From positions 1 to 60,395 of the IMG/VR virus record IMGVR_UViG_3300032116_000204: a DNA stretch of 60,395 bases; one strand, written 5' to 3'. This document shows positions 35,950-44,841 of the stretch, in pieces (within the stretch, counting starts at the first letter, position 1; each line of letters opens with the position of its first letter). Position numbers and translations under genes: made by a program. The DNA comes from a virus (Duplodnaviria; Caudoviricetes). The notes beneath the pieces are model-generated. The model made no database searches. It saw nothing but the letters and a program-made list of their open reading frames with translations, and was not told the origin of the DNA.

Positions 35950-36496
35950 TGCCGCCAAGCACTACGAAGAACTGCCCCACCAGCTAGCGGCCTGGAACGC
36001 CCTACAGGGCCAGCTGACGACTGAACAGCTGTCTGACTTCGCTGAGCTCTACAGAGCGGCTCCTAAGGGCTCTCAGGGGCCTTTGCGGCCCTCCTCGCCG
36101 TTCTCTCTCCAGGTGACGCCCAACATCACCTACGGGGAGCTTGCACTGCAGTCCGAAGCACGGCGCTTCAAGGCTCAGCACCAGTGCGATACGGCCACCT
36201 TGCTCTGCCAGTTCGCCCAAAAGGCCCGGGATCACTTCAACCGACCGGTGATCATCACCTCCGGCTACCGGCCTCCCAAAATCAACGCCCAGGTGGGTGG
36301 TGCCTCACGTTCTGAGCACCTCTACGACGCCCCCGATACAGGCGCCATTGACTTCTACCTGGACGGCATGTCGGTCCTCGAGCTCCAGAACTGGGCTGAT
36401 CAGCTATGGCCCTACTCCCTGGGCTACGGCGCACCCAAGGGCTTCATCCACGTCGGTATCCGCCCTGGGCGCCCTCGCGTCCGGTGGGATTACTAG
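35927..36496 (+). CDS. Endolysin, peptidase M15-like
   Basis: ITSGYR..KIN..VGGA.RSEH.....AIDF...FIHV; start re-called at ATG 35927. Confidence 0.85.
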   Translation: MATIKLADAAKHYEELPHQLAAWNALQGQLTTEQLSDFAELYRAAPKGSQGPLRPSSPFSLQVTPNITYGELALQSEARRFKAQHQCDTATLLCQFAQKARDHFNRPVIITSGYRPPKINAQVGGASRSEHLYDAPDTGAIDFYLDGMSVLELQNWADQLWPYSLGYGAPKGFIHVGIRPGRPRVRWDY

Positions 36497-36499
36497 GCC

Positions 36500-36685
36500 C
36501 TACCGCTTGGCCTTGCGGCTCACGATCCCAGCCAGGATCTCCACGGCCCGGTACACCTTCACCACCACACGGGCAACATTGCCTAGGCGCTCGTTGTCCT
36601 TCGGGGTAGGGGTCAGGTTCACCACCACCAGGGCCAGGCCGTGGATGGCGACCGCCAGAGTCACGTAGTCAGCGAATTGATCCAT
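36500..36685 (-). CDS. Putative holin
   Basis: MDQFADYVTLAVAIHGLALVVVNLTPTPKD.., TM segment and basic C-terminus; adjacent to endolysin. Confidence 0.6.
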   Translation of the reverse strand: MDQFADYVTLAVAIHGLALVVVNLTPTPKDNERLGNVARVVVKVYRAVEILAGIVSRKAKR

Positions 36686-36914
36686 CTGCTTTTCGATGCA
36701 GCTTGCGCTGCAGCTCCCATGCCTCACCAACGCTATCTGCTGCCTCACGCACCAGCCATTTATTCATGGCCTGCTGCCTCGACAGCTGCTCATTCAGCAG
36801 TTCCGCTGCAGACAGCAGGCCCTGCCAGTCCTTGTCGTCGTACATCCTGAGGAGTTCCCGCTGACGTGCCTCACGTCGCAGCTCGATCTCCAGGGATTGC
36901 TCCAGTTGACTCAA
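36669..36914 (-). CDS. Hypothetical coiled-coil protein
   Basis: 81-aa ORF coupled to neighbours. Confidence 0.6.
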   Translation of the reverse strand: MSQLEQSLEIELRREARQRELLRMYDDKDWQGLLSAAELLNEQLSRQQAMNKWLVREAADSVGEAWELQRKLHRKADGSIR

Positions 36915-37156
36915 CCCTTCTTCTCCAGGTCGCGGATCCGGTACTCGTGATCACGCAGGTTGTTCTCCAGCTGCGCGATGTCCTTGCTTAGCTCGCTGCG
37001 CAAGGTCTGCAGCTCCTTGATCACGGCATCCATCCCGCTCTTGAGGCCTGATCTCATCGCCACGTTCTCCATGGCGATCTTCCAAAGGGCTCCTACGGCC
37101 CCGACTATGCCGGCTGCTGCCAAGGTCTCAAACACGGTAAACGGGAAGGAGGCCAT
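36911..37156 (-). CDS. Membrane-anchored coiled-coil protein (lysis-associated?)
   Basis: N-terminal TM plus coil ending in HEYRIRDLE. Confidence 0.6.
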   Translation of the reverse strand: MASFPFTVFETLAAAGIVGAVGALWKIAMENVAMRSGLKSGMDAVIKELQTLRSELSKDIAQLENNLRDHEYRIRDLEKKG

Positions 37157-37194
37157 CTTCCCGGCAGCGTACCGGGTGACCCCCTGTAGCGGTA

Positions 37195-37329
37195 TTACCG
37201 CCCCTGTCCCCGGCTCTTTTTTCTGGTTCCCTTTGGCTTGCTGTGGCTTCCTTGCCCCTGCTTGGTCTTCTTTGGGGAGCCAGGGCGGTGCTCAATCCGC
37301 CCGGTGCCGGTCTTGGATTTAACGGCCAT
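37195..37329 (-). CDS. Small highly basic peptide, 44 aa
   Basis: Read manually: MAVKSKTGTGRIEHRPGSPKKTKQGQGSHSKPKGTRKKSRGQGR; start overlaps the upstream stop. Confidence 0.7.
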   Translation of the reverse strand: MAVKSKTGTGRIEHRPGSPKKTKQGQGSHSKPKGTRKKSRGQGR

Positions 37330-37859
37330 TAGGCTCCCTGGCCATCGACAGCAGGCTGAACCCCATCAGCAGGAGCAGGCTCAACATGAGCGTAGGGATC
37401 ACTGGGCCATGCGGGATAGTCGGCGCCGGTAATGTAGGCGGCCAAGCTGGCGGTGTCAGCGGTGTGCTCGATCTCGTAAATCTTGCTGCCAGCCGCTAGG
37501 CGGATCTCTTCGCGCCAAGTGCGGAGTACGGGGTCAGCCGCTTTGCCGTTATCAGCCTCGCGGATGATGATCCAATCAGTATTGCGCAGGATGGCATTGG
37601 CATTGACGCGTACATAGCCGCAATACATGGCGACCAGCTCTGCATGATTTTTGGGAATCAGCTTGCCGTCTTCGTCGTAGCCCCAATAAAACCGCTCGTC
37701 GTACCAAGGTGGCGGTGCTAGTGGACCTTCAAGGCCAATTCTGTCGCGGTCTGGCTGCGTGCTCAGCTTGATCCAGTTACTCGGATACTGAATCCCGTTC
37801 CAGGTGAACGCCATGTCATCGCTGACAGTTTTGCCGTCTGGGAGCCTGTAGGTTGCCAT
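37329..37859 (-). CDS. Tail-fibre assembly/chaperone-like protein
   Basis: GIQYPSNW, YDERFYWG, L..TDW.IIR...WR..IR motifs; directly after the fibre gene. Confidence 0.65.
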   Translation of the reverse strand: MATYRLPDGKTVSDDMAFTWNGIQYPSNWIKLSTQPDRDRIGLEGPLAPPPWYDERFYWGYDEDGKLIPKNHAELVAMYCGYVRVNANAILRNTDWIIIREADNGKAADPVLRTWREEIRLAAGSKIYEIEHTADTASLAAYITGADYPAWPSDPYAHVEPAPADGVQPAVDGQGA

Positions 37860-37864
37860 TGCGT

Positions 37865-39511
37865 TTAGGGGTTGGCTTGTGCACGGGCGTACTTAAGCTT
37901 AGCGCCCGTGGTGCTAACTGAATACGTGTTGCTGCCTGCAGTGTTATAACTGCCGCTGCTGGTGCGCACTTTGAAACCGTTGCTCAGTTTGTCGGCATGA
38001 GTTGCGAAGGTAACAGCGTTGCCGTTGATGGTTATCGCTGTGGGCACGCCGTTTAGGTACACGAAAGGACCATCCGCCAGGGCATTGCCAGTAAAGGTGC
38101 CGCTAGTTGTGATGGTACCCTCCGGCAGGTTGGTATCGCACAGCGCCTTGAAGCCGCTGGGGGCGGTGTAGGCGAAGGGGCGAGCACCCCAGTTGGTATT
38201 GCACTTGCCGCCATCAAGCACGCCAATCGTCGGCAAATACGTTCCGCTTAACCCGGTATAAGCGGCATTAGTGCCAGAAGCAGGATTGCCGCTGTCGATC
38301 CAAGTGTTATTAACACCAAACCAAATTTTGCCTGCATCAAGGTCAACAGCTACCTGCACAACGTCGCCAGTTGTTGCGCCAGAAGAAGATGTAACAACAG
38401 ACGTGCCACCGCTAATCTTTCTGCCATTCCTGGCGTAATAGACAATTCCGTTCATGCCGGATGGAAAAGTAATTGCCCCCGTAATGTCCGTTGTTTTGAT
38501 AAAGCCAAACTCACCGTAGTAGTTTCCAGAATCAGTGCTCTGTATTGTTGATTCCCAGTACCACTTACCGCTGAGAACTCCTGCAGTGCCGGTTGCACCC
38601 CGCCATGCCCCTCCCGTGCTATTGCCGTCAAGGTTGCCGTTGGTCAGGGTGATCGCACCTGTTAGCGGATTCCAAGTGCAGTAGTTTCCCCTCACACTTC
38701 CCCCCAGCCCGTCATCGGTGCCGTAAGAAGTCGGGGTGTCTACGAGCGAATCGTTGCCTGCACCAGCGGTGACGCTGAGGTTATTCGGCGTCCAGTTGTT
38801 CCCCAGACCTGAGCTGTCCTTACCCAAGGTCGTGGCGGTTGCAGCAGAATTGTCCGCAAACTTCAGCCAGAATCCATTTGTACCAAAGCTGCCGGTGTAA
38901 GCCTTAGGAATCAGTTGCCCAGTAGTGGCACTGACTTCTGTGAAGCTGCTGGGGTCTAGGGCTTGGCCGTCGATGAAGTGGATGTCGGCAAGGTAGCCGG
39001 ATAATGTGGCAGTTCCAGCAGATGTCGCGCCTATCGAATGTGCTGCTGTTTGGTTTATGCCGAGGTCGTCGTTTTGATTTGGATTTACCGAAGACGAAAA
39101 AGCCGTAACCTCAGATCCGTTAACGTATAGCTTGATTCGATTTGCCGCCGTTGCTTGCGTGGTGTCTACCGCTAAGACAATGTGATACCAAGCACTAGGA
39201 TCTCTATAGACGGCAGATGTCTGCCTAAGGTTGTTGTTGTAGTTAGAAACACGAATGCTGTCGCTTACAAGCCAAAGGCGGAAATACGTTGCGTCAGTTG
39301 CTCCGGTTGTACAAGTAAATAGGTGTGGATTTTCTGAAGTCGCAACGCTCTTCACCCACCCCGCCCAGGTCCACGTCTTCCTGTTACCCGCTGATGCAGG
39401 CGTTCTGGACAAGTAGGCACTGTCACTACTGTTGAAGCGGAGGGATCTGGGAATGGTGTACCCAGCGCCACCTTCTTGGCCCAGAAGCAGGTCACTTTGG
39501 ATCATGCTCAT
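37865..39511 (-). CDS. Distal tail fibre / receptor-binding protein (LamG/ConA-like plus SPRY-like)
   Basis: WT...WVK, WYHIVL.VD...IKLYVNG, SGKWYWE, VAVDLDAGKIWF, APSGFKAL motifs. Confidence 0.8.
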   Translation of the reverse strand: MSMIQSDLLLGQEGGAGYTIPRSLRFNSSDSAYLSRTPASAGNRKTWTWAGWVKSVATSENPHLFTCTTGATDATYFRLWLVSDSIRVSNYNNNLRQTSAVYRDPSAWYHIVLAVDTTQATAANRIKLYVNGSEVTAFSSSVNPNQNDDLGINQTAAHSIGATSAGTATLSGYLADIHFIDGQALDPSSFTEVSATTGQLIPKAYTGSFGTNGFWLKFADNSAATATTLGKDSSGLGNNWTPNNLSVTAGAGNDSLVDTPTSYGTDDGLGGSVRGNYCTWNPLTGAITLTNGNLDGNSTGGAWRGATGTAGVLSGKWYWESTIQSTDSGNYYGEFGFIKTTDITGAITFPSGMNGIVYYARNGRKISGGTSVVTSSSGATTGDVVQVAVDLDAGKIWFGVNNTWIDSGNPASGTNAAYTGLSGTYLPTIGVLDGGKCNTNWGARPFAYTAPSGFKALCDTNLPEGTITTSGTFTGNALADGPFVYLNGVPTAITINGNAVTFATHADKLSNGFKVRTSSGSYNTAGSNTYSVSTTGAKLKYARAQANP

Positions 39512-39606
39512 TTCACGTCACCAATAAAGCGGACAGCAATGCGAGAAGCGGACTCGACGTGGAACGCCAGCAGATCCACTGAGTTAGCCGCAGTCGTGAG
39601 TGTGGG
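38647..39606. repeat. Long direct repeat, copy 2
   Basis: Matches 1..960; weaker similarity continues about 250 nt further into the adapter fibre genes. Confidence 0.95.
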
Positions 39607-41511
39607 TGCGGTTCCACCTGGGAACTTGAAGACCGAGTTCCAAGACGCTGTTCTGGACCCTGTTCCGTCCTGCACCAGGCGGATCACGCCGCTCTGCCCA
39701 GCCACAACATTGGTCGGTGCTCCGATGACCCGGTTGCCACCGAGCGTGAGCTGGAAGTGGTTGCCGAGGCTTAGATCAATCGCCACAGTTGCGGCGTCAG
39801 TCAGGGTGACGTAGGTGCCCCGTTGTGCCTTGCTGAACGACTGAACAACATCAGTGACAGCGTTGTTGGCGTTGTATGCCTGGACCGTCGTGCCGATAGC
39901 TCCTGTCGCCAGGTAGCCGCTCATTCCAGCTTGCGTCTGGTAGGTGCTGGCCGCGATGGCAGTGGTCAGGTAACCGCTGATGATTGCCCCCGCAGGGATC
40001 GTGACCGTGCCTGTAAACGTCGGGCTGGCCAGCGGGGCATAGGTCGTACCAGCAGCAGTGGTCGTCAGATAGGACGACATGCCAGCTTGCGTCTGGTAGG
40101 TGGAGGCAGCAGTCGCTGCATCCAGATAACCGCTGACGCTTGAACCAGCCGGGATCGTGACGGGCCCAGTAAAGGCAGCATTGCCCGCAGAATCAAAGGT
40201 CAGTCGATAGACGCCACCCGTGGCCAGCCCCAGCTCGTTGGGCCCTGGGCGGCCCATCCCGGTGTCAGGATCGCCATTGAAGGCATAGCCAGGCGTTGCA
40301 GCCGAATTGCTATTGCTGCCCCTAAGTTGTCCTGTGATGGTCCCGCCATTGGGACCGATATACCGGGTTTCAGGGTTATTGGCGAAATAGCTGAGGTAGT
40401 TCCAAGTCGTCCCAGCGGTTGTGTACCGCAATCGGACAGTCAGACCCGCGTCCCCAACAAAACCGGCCGGAACCCCGACCAGCGGGCTGAACGATTCAAT
40501 GCCGGTGCTGTCAACAACCTCGATGTAGGTGTTGTTGGCCGGGCTGGCAGGAATCGCGGCGGCGTTGTTCACCAGCGTGAACAGCACCGCGTTGGACACC
40601 GCCGCGGCCGCGTTGTTGGCGGTGGTGTTCGCCTGGTTGGCCGTTGTGACCGCGTTGCTGGCATTTGTGCTGGCGGTGTTGGCCGTGCTGACGGCAGCGC
40701 TTGCGTTGGCGCTTGCCGTGTTGGCCGTGCTCAGTGCCGTGCTGGCGTTGCCAGCCGCCGTGTTGGCCGTGCTCAGTGCCGTGCTGGCATTGCTAGCTGC
40801 CGTGTTGGCCGTGCTCAGCGCTGTGCCGGCGTTGCTCGCTGCGGTGTTGGCCGTTGTGACCGCATTGCTGGCATTGGTGCTGGCGGTGTTGGCAGTGCTC
40901 AGCGCCGTGCTGGCGTTGCTTGCTGCCGTGTTGGCAGTGCTGACAGCAGCGGCAGCGTTGGTGCTGGCGCTGTTGGCCGTTGCCGTTGCAGCCGTTGATG
41001 CAGCCGTTGATGCGTTGGCTGCAGTCGTGGCGTTATTGGCTGCCGTTGTTGCAGCCGCCGCGGTTGCATTGGCGGTGTTAGCGGCAGTCGTTGCCGCAGT
41101 CGCCGCGGCCGTCGCCGTGTTCGCGGCGGTCTGTGCTGCCACAGCCGCAGCAGCCCCGACGTCATTCCTGTCCTGCTGTTCCTGCACCACGTACAGGTTT
41201 TGCAGGTCAGCGTTGTTGAAGTCGTCGGCAATCAGGTTGGAGCCGTCCTGCCATGGCACCAGCTGTGAGCTGTCAGGCGTGTCCCGCAGAACTGTCAGCG
41301 TGACGCCGTTGGCGGGCGCCACTGTTGTCTGCACCTGCGTGCCACTGGTCCAGGTGTAGTTGGTGCCTTCAACAAGCTGCGATGTGAAGGCACCCGTAAG
41401 GATGTTGTAGCCCGTGTAGAGCTTGACGTGCGCCTTCAGCAGATACGGGAACGGGACCGAGAAGGTCGTCGTGGACCCGTTGCCCGCGTATTGCGCGTAT
41501 GAGAAGGGCAC
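39508..41511 (-). CDS. Tail fibre/adapter protein with gp17-like N-terminal domain, module B
   Basis: MPFSYAQYAGNGSTTTFSVPFPY...LRDTP; long TANTAAS/NASTALS coiled-coil repeats; C-terminus ends identically to the module A fibre. Confidence 0.9.
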   Translation of the reverse strand: MPFSYAQYAGNGSTTTFSVPFPYLLKAHVKLYTGYNILTGAFTSQLVEGTNYTWTSGTQVQTTVAPANGVTLTVLRDTPDSSQLVPWQDGSNLIADDFNNADLQNLYVVQEQQDRNDVGAAAAVAAQTAANTATAAATAATTAANTANATAAAATTAANNATTAANASTAASTAATATANSASTNAAAAVSTANTAASNASTALSTANTASTNASNAVTTANTAASNAGTALSTANTAASNASTALSTANTAAGNASTALSTANTASANASAAVSTANTASTNASNAVTTANQANTTANNAAAAVSNAVLFTLVNNAAAIPASPANNTYIEVVDSTGIESFSPLVGVPAGFVGDAGLTVRLRYTTAGTTWNYLSYFANNPETRYIGPNGGTITGQLRGSNSNSAATPGYAFNGDPDTGMGRPGPNELGLATGGVYRLTFDSAGNAAFTGPVTIPAGSSVSGYLDAATAASTYQTQAGMSSYLTTTAAGTTYAPLASPTFTGTVTIPAGAIISGYLTTAIAASTYQTQAGMSGYLATGAIGTTVQAYNANNAVTDVVQSFSKAQRGTYVTLTDAATVAIDLSLGNHFQLTLGGNRVIGAPTNVVAGQSGVIRLVQDGTGSRTASWNSVFKFPGGTAPTLTTAANSVDLLAFHVESASRIAVRFIGDVK

Positions 41512-41553
41512 GGAGTTGGCTCCACCTGTGCAGTCCTTATGTTATGGGGCCTG

Positions 41554-44500
41554 CTACTGACGACCAACTCCCAGGCCAGACAGCTCTTCCATTCGAGTTC
41601 TGAGCTCATTGGATCTGTACTTGACCATGGCGCCGTAACGCTGGGCAAAGCCCTGGGCGACAGGATCCTCGTTGGTGAGCAGCTGAATCAGGGCAGCGCG
41701 GTCGTAGTAGTCGATGATGTCCTGGATTGGCCGATACAGCTCGCTCTCCTTGCGCACCGAGAACTTGGCCTTGTTGACACGCTGGTCAGGCCCCATGGTG
41801 TCTGAGGCCAGCAGTTTCTGATAGCCAGGGCTGTTCTTCAGTGCCCGAAGTGCGCCGCGGAGATCCTTGCCTTGGATAAAGCCGTCGATCGGGATGTAGG
41901 TGTCACGGCCAAGCATGGCGGCCGCAGGGACTTCAGCCTTAATGCTGCGCATTTGCACGCGATAGAAGGCCTCCTCCTCATTGGTCATAGTGAGGCCGAC
42001 ATCGCCTTGGCCATTGGGACTTGGCAGCGCCACTTGGCCATTGGGCCTTGGCTTAGTCGTCACCCCTGCATCACTAAGCCACCGGTACAGATCGTCTTGC
42101 GGCTGGATCACAGGCATGAACGGAATCACCGCTTCTGCCGGGATGCCAAAGGGCCGCTTGATCTCGCTGCCCAGCCAGTCGAGGCGGGTAGGAGCCTTCA
42201 GGACTTGGTTGAGGCCAGGGATGGGACGGGCCACCTTCTCGCCAACCTTCTGCAGGAACTCGAGCACCGGCGCGATGTTCTCGACATAGATCGGATCCAT
42301 CTCGAGAGCCTTTTTCTCATCAGCCGACAGGAAGCGCCTGCGATCCGTTGCCTCGAGCGGGGCGCGGCCAGCCCGGGCCAGCATTGAAGTGATGCCAGAA
42401 AGAGGCAGAAGGCCGCCCATCTGAGTGGCCAGGATGTCAGCCATGTCAGCCCTGTCGGGCTGTGTCATGGCATTGAGCACCGTGGTGGTGTTGAGCAGGC
42501 TGGCCTTGTTGTTGGCCATGCGCGAGAGCGCGATTGCAAGGCCAGTGGTGGCCTGCTGGAGATCGCCGTCGCTGATGGCTTCTTCGACCACCAGCTGCTG
42601 GATGTCGGCATAGAGGCCCAAGATGTCGATCGGGTCGATGCCACCAAAGCGGAACCGTGCAGCCGGGATGACCTTGCCAAACAGCTGGAAGCTGTAGGGA
42701 GTGTTTAGTCGGCGCCAGCGGGCGTATTCCTCTGGGTCAGACGGGCCGCCACCAACAAAGCCGCCGGAGGCGATCATCGCGCTGCCGGCCGTCAGAAAGC
42801 CCAGCGAGACGATGGCCTGGGCCCGGGCTTGAGCCAGCACCTCTGGCGGGGCGTTTTCCATCTGGGCGCCCAGTGCCTTGATCACAGACGGCACGATCGT
42901 GCGATCCAAGCTCCACAGCAGCGAGTTCAGCGGTGTCTTGAAGAACGGCAGCTGCCACGCCACAAAAGCGTTCTGACGGGTCAGACCCAGGCCCTGAATG
43001 ATTGGATCCTTGATCGTGTTGGTGAAGGTGACGTTGGCAGCACGCTGCAGGCCGATTGCACCCAGTTCGGTGTCAGCCCTGGGGACGCCCTTCAGATCGT
43101 TGAAAGCCTGCAGCCGCAGCACGTCATCAGGAAGCTCGTCACCCAGGGGGATGCCCCGCTCACGACGGAACTTCACCAGGTCTTCTTCGCTCATGTAGCC
43201 GCTAAAAAGGGAGCCCTCGGCCATCTGCTCGGCACGCTGGGCCACCCAGTCGGAGCCCACCGGGCGACCGGTGCCCTCATCCACCACGCCCTTGGCCTCG
43301 TCAACAGCCCGCAAATAAGCCTCGTGGTTCACCTTCCACGAGTAGGCCATAGAACGGATCGCCTCATCACCAGCGCCCAGCAGTCGGAAGGACGGCAGGT
43401 AGCCGCCGTTCCAGCCCAGGAACTTCTCGCCAAGGTTGCCGAGCGCCAGGCTGGTGGCTGCGTTCAGCACATTCACCAAGGTCACCGCTGGACCGGTGCC
43501 GGCGGTGTTGCGCCAGTAGCTGGGATCCGTCAGCAGATCGAATCCAACGGTCAGTGCATCAACGATTTGCTGTTTCTCGTTTTGAATCAGATCGGGCGCT
43601 ACCTCCATGGCGTTGTCGAGGCCCATGACGGCACGGCCTGTGCCCAGATACGTGGTGGCGTTCTTCCACGCCATCTGCCACGCATCAAGGGTGGCCCGGT
43701 TGGCGAAGGCCGCAGCCCGCAGGCCATCCATAGCCCCAACGCGAAGGCCGCCCTCGATGATGTCCTCGACGCCATGGTGGAACGCCACCAGCGCGCCGCT
43801 GACCGGGTTGCGGGCCAGCCACGTGCCGGGCGACAGCAGCACGTTGTTGCGCCGGAAGTTGTTGAGCAGGTGAACCTGCGACATGAACCGGCTGCTGTTG
43901 AGGTTCGTGCGCGTGATGTTGTTCGTGCGAACGACGGCTGCCAGCTGCTTGAGCTTCAGCGCATCGCCCTTCTCGACGTGCTCGAGCGTTTGGCCAAGCA
44001 GGGTCTCGCCTTTGATGTCTTCGATGGTCAGTCGTGCCCAGTTGGCGTCTGGGCTGATCAGCTCAAAGTCGGTGCCATCCATGCCGAACTGCAGGCCGCG
44101 CAGCGACTGGCCGATGCGACGGCGAACAGCGGCATCGAGGTTCTCGAAGAAATGCGCCCACTGAGCGGCATGGCCCAGCTGCAGCCTGAGCTCATCGGTC
44201 AAGGCGCCGGCTTCCAGGGCGCTGGCCACCTCCTCGAGCTTGTCGGCGTATTGGCTGACTGAATCCCATCGGGCCTTGGCAGCCTGCACCACAGCACCGG
44301 GAAGGCTGTCGATGCCACGGAAGCGGCGGCCCAGGGCACCAGCCAGCTCGCGCACATCGCCACCGGTCTCCCGTGCCATGCGCATCAGGCCCTGCATGGC
44401 CACTGATTCGCTGAAGGGCTTCTTGAGCTCAATGCCCTTCTTGGTGTTGGCACGCTTGAGCCCCATCACCTCGAGCAGGGCCGTGATGTTTTCTTCCTCC

Positions 44501-44841
44501 GGTGGGAGCTCGCTGTAATCAACGCCGTATTGGCGGTAGTTGACCATGCGGCCGCTGCTGCCACGGGGGCCTTCGTTGTTGCGGAAGCCCATCTCCACGA
44601 GATCGCGGATGGCCTTGGTGCCTTTGGCAATCAGATCGCTTTCGCCCTGCTTGATCCAGGCCTCATTGGACACACCGACTTCCTCGCCGGTGTAGGTGCG
44701 CAACCGGGCCACGCTCTTGCCGGCCGCCGGTATGTCTTCCACCTCAAGGAGTGACCTTGCTGTGGCTTCCATCTCATCGAGTTGTTGAAGCTTCGCCTCG
44801 ATCTCTGCGATCTGTTGGGCGAGGTTGTTGCAGTCAGCCAT
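41554..44841 (-). CDS. Internal virion protein, homologue of the C-terminal half of the gp16-like protein
   Basis: GGGPSDPEE..RW....PYSF versus GGGPTNPDARRKW.....PYSM in module A; PFFKTP.N versus PFNRTP.D. Confidence 0.75.
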   Translation of the reverse strand: MADCNNLAQQIAEIEAKLQQLDEMEATARSLLEVEDIPAAGKSVARLRTYTGEEVGVSNEAWIKQGESDLIAKGTKAIRDLVEMGFRNNEGPRGSSGRMVNYRQYGVDYSELPPEEENITALLEVMGLKRANTKKGIELKKPFSESVAMQGLMRMARETGGDVRELAGALGRRFRGIDSLPGAVVQAAKARWDSVSQYADKLEEVASALEAGALTDELRLQLGHAAQWAHFFENLDAAVRRRIGQSLRGLQFGMDGTDFELISPDANWARLTIEDIKGETLLGQTLEHVEKGDALKLKQLAAVVRTNNITRTNLNSSRFMSQVHLLNNFRRNNVLLSPGTWLARNPVSGALVAFHHGVEDIIEGGLRVGAMDGLRAAAFANRATLDAWQMAWKNATTYLGTGRAVMGLDNAMEVAPDLIQNEKQQIVDALTVGFDLLTDPSYWRNTAGTGPAVTLVNVLNAATSLALGNLGEKFLGWNGGYLPSFRLLGAGDEAIRSMAYSWKVNHEAYLRAVDEAKGVVDEGTGRPVGSDWVAQRAEQMAEGSLFSGYMSEEDLVKFRRERGIPLGDELPDDVLRLQAFNDLKGVPRADTELGAIGLQRAANVTFTNTIKDPIIQGLGLTRQNAFVAWQLPFFKTPLNSLLWSLDRTIVPSVIKALGAQMENAPPEVLAQARAQAIVSLGFLTAGSAMIASGGFVGGGPSDPEEYARWRRLNTPYSFQLFGKVIPAARFRFGGIDPIDILGLYADIQQLVVEEAISDGDLQQATTGLAIALSRMANNKASLLNTTTVLNAMTQPDRADMADILATQMGGLLPLSGITSMLARAGRAPLEATDRRRFLSADEKKALEMDPIYVENIAPVLEFLQKVGEKVARPIPGLNQVLKAPTRLDWLGSEIKRPFGIPAEAVIPFMPVIQPQDDLYRWLSDAGVTTKPRPNGQVALPSPNGQGDVGLTMTNEEEAFYRVQMRSIKAEVPAAAMLGRDTYIPIDGFIQGKDLRGALRALKNSPGYQKLLASDTMGPDQRVNKAKFSVRKESELYRPIQDIIDYYDRAALIQLLTNEDPVAQGFAQRYGAMVKYRSNELRTRMEELSGLGVGRQ

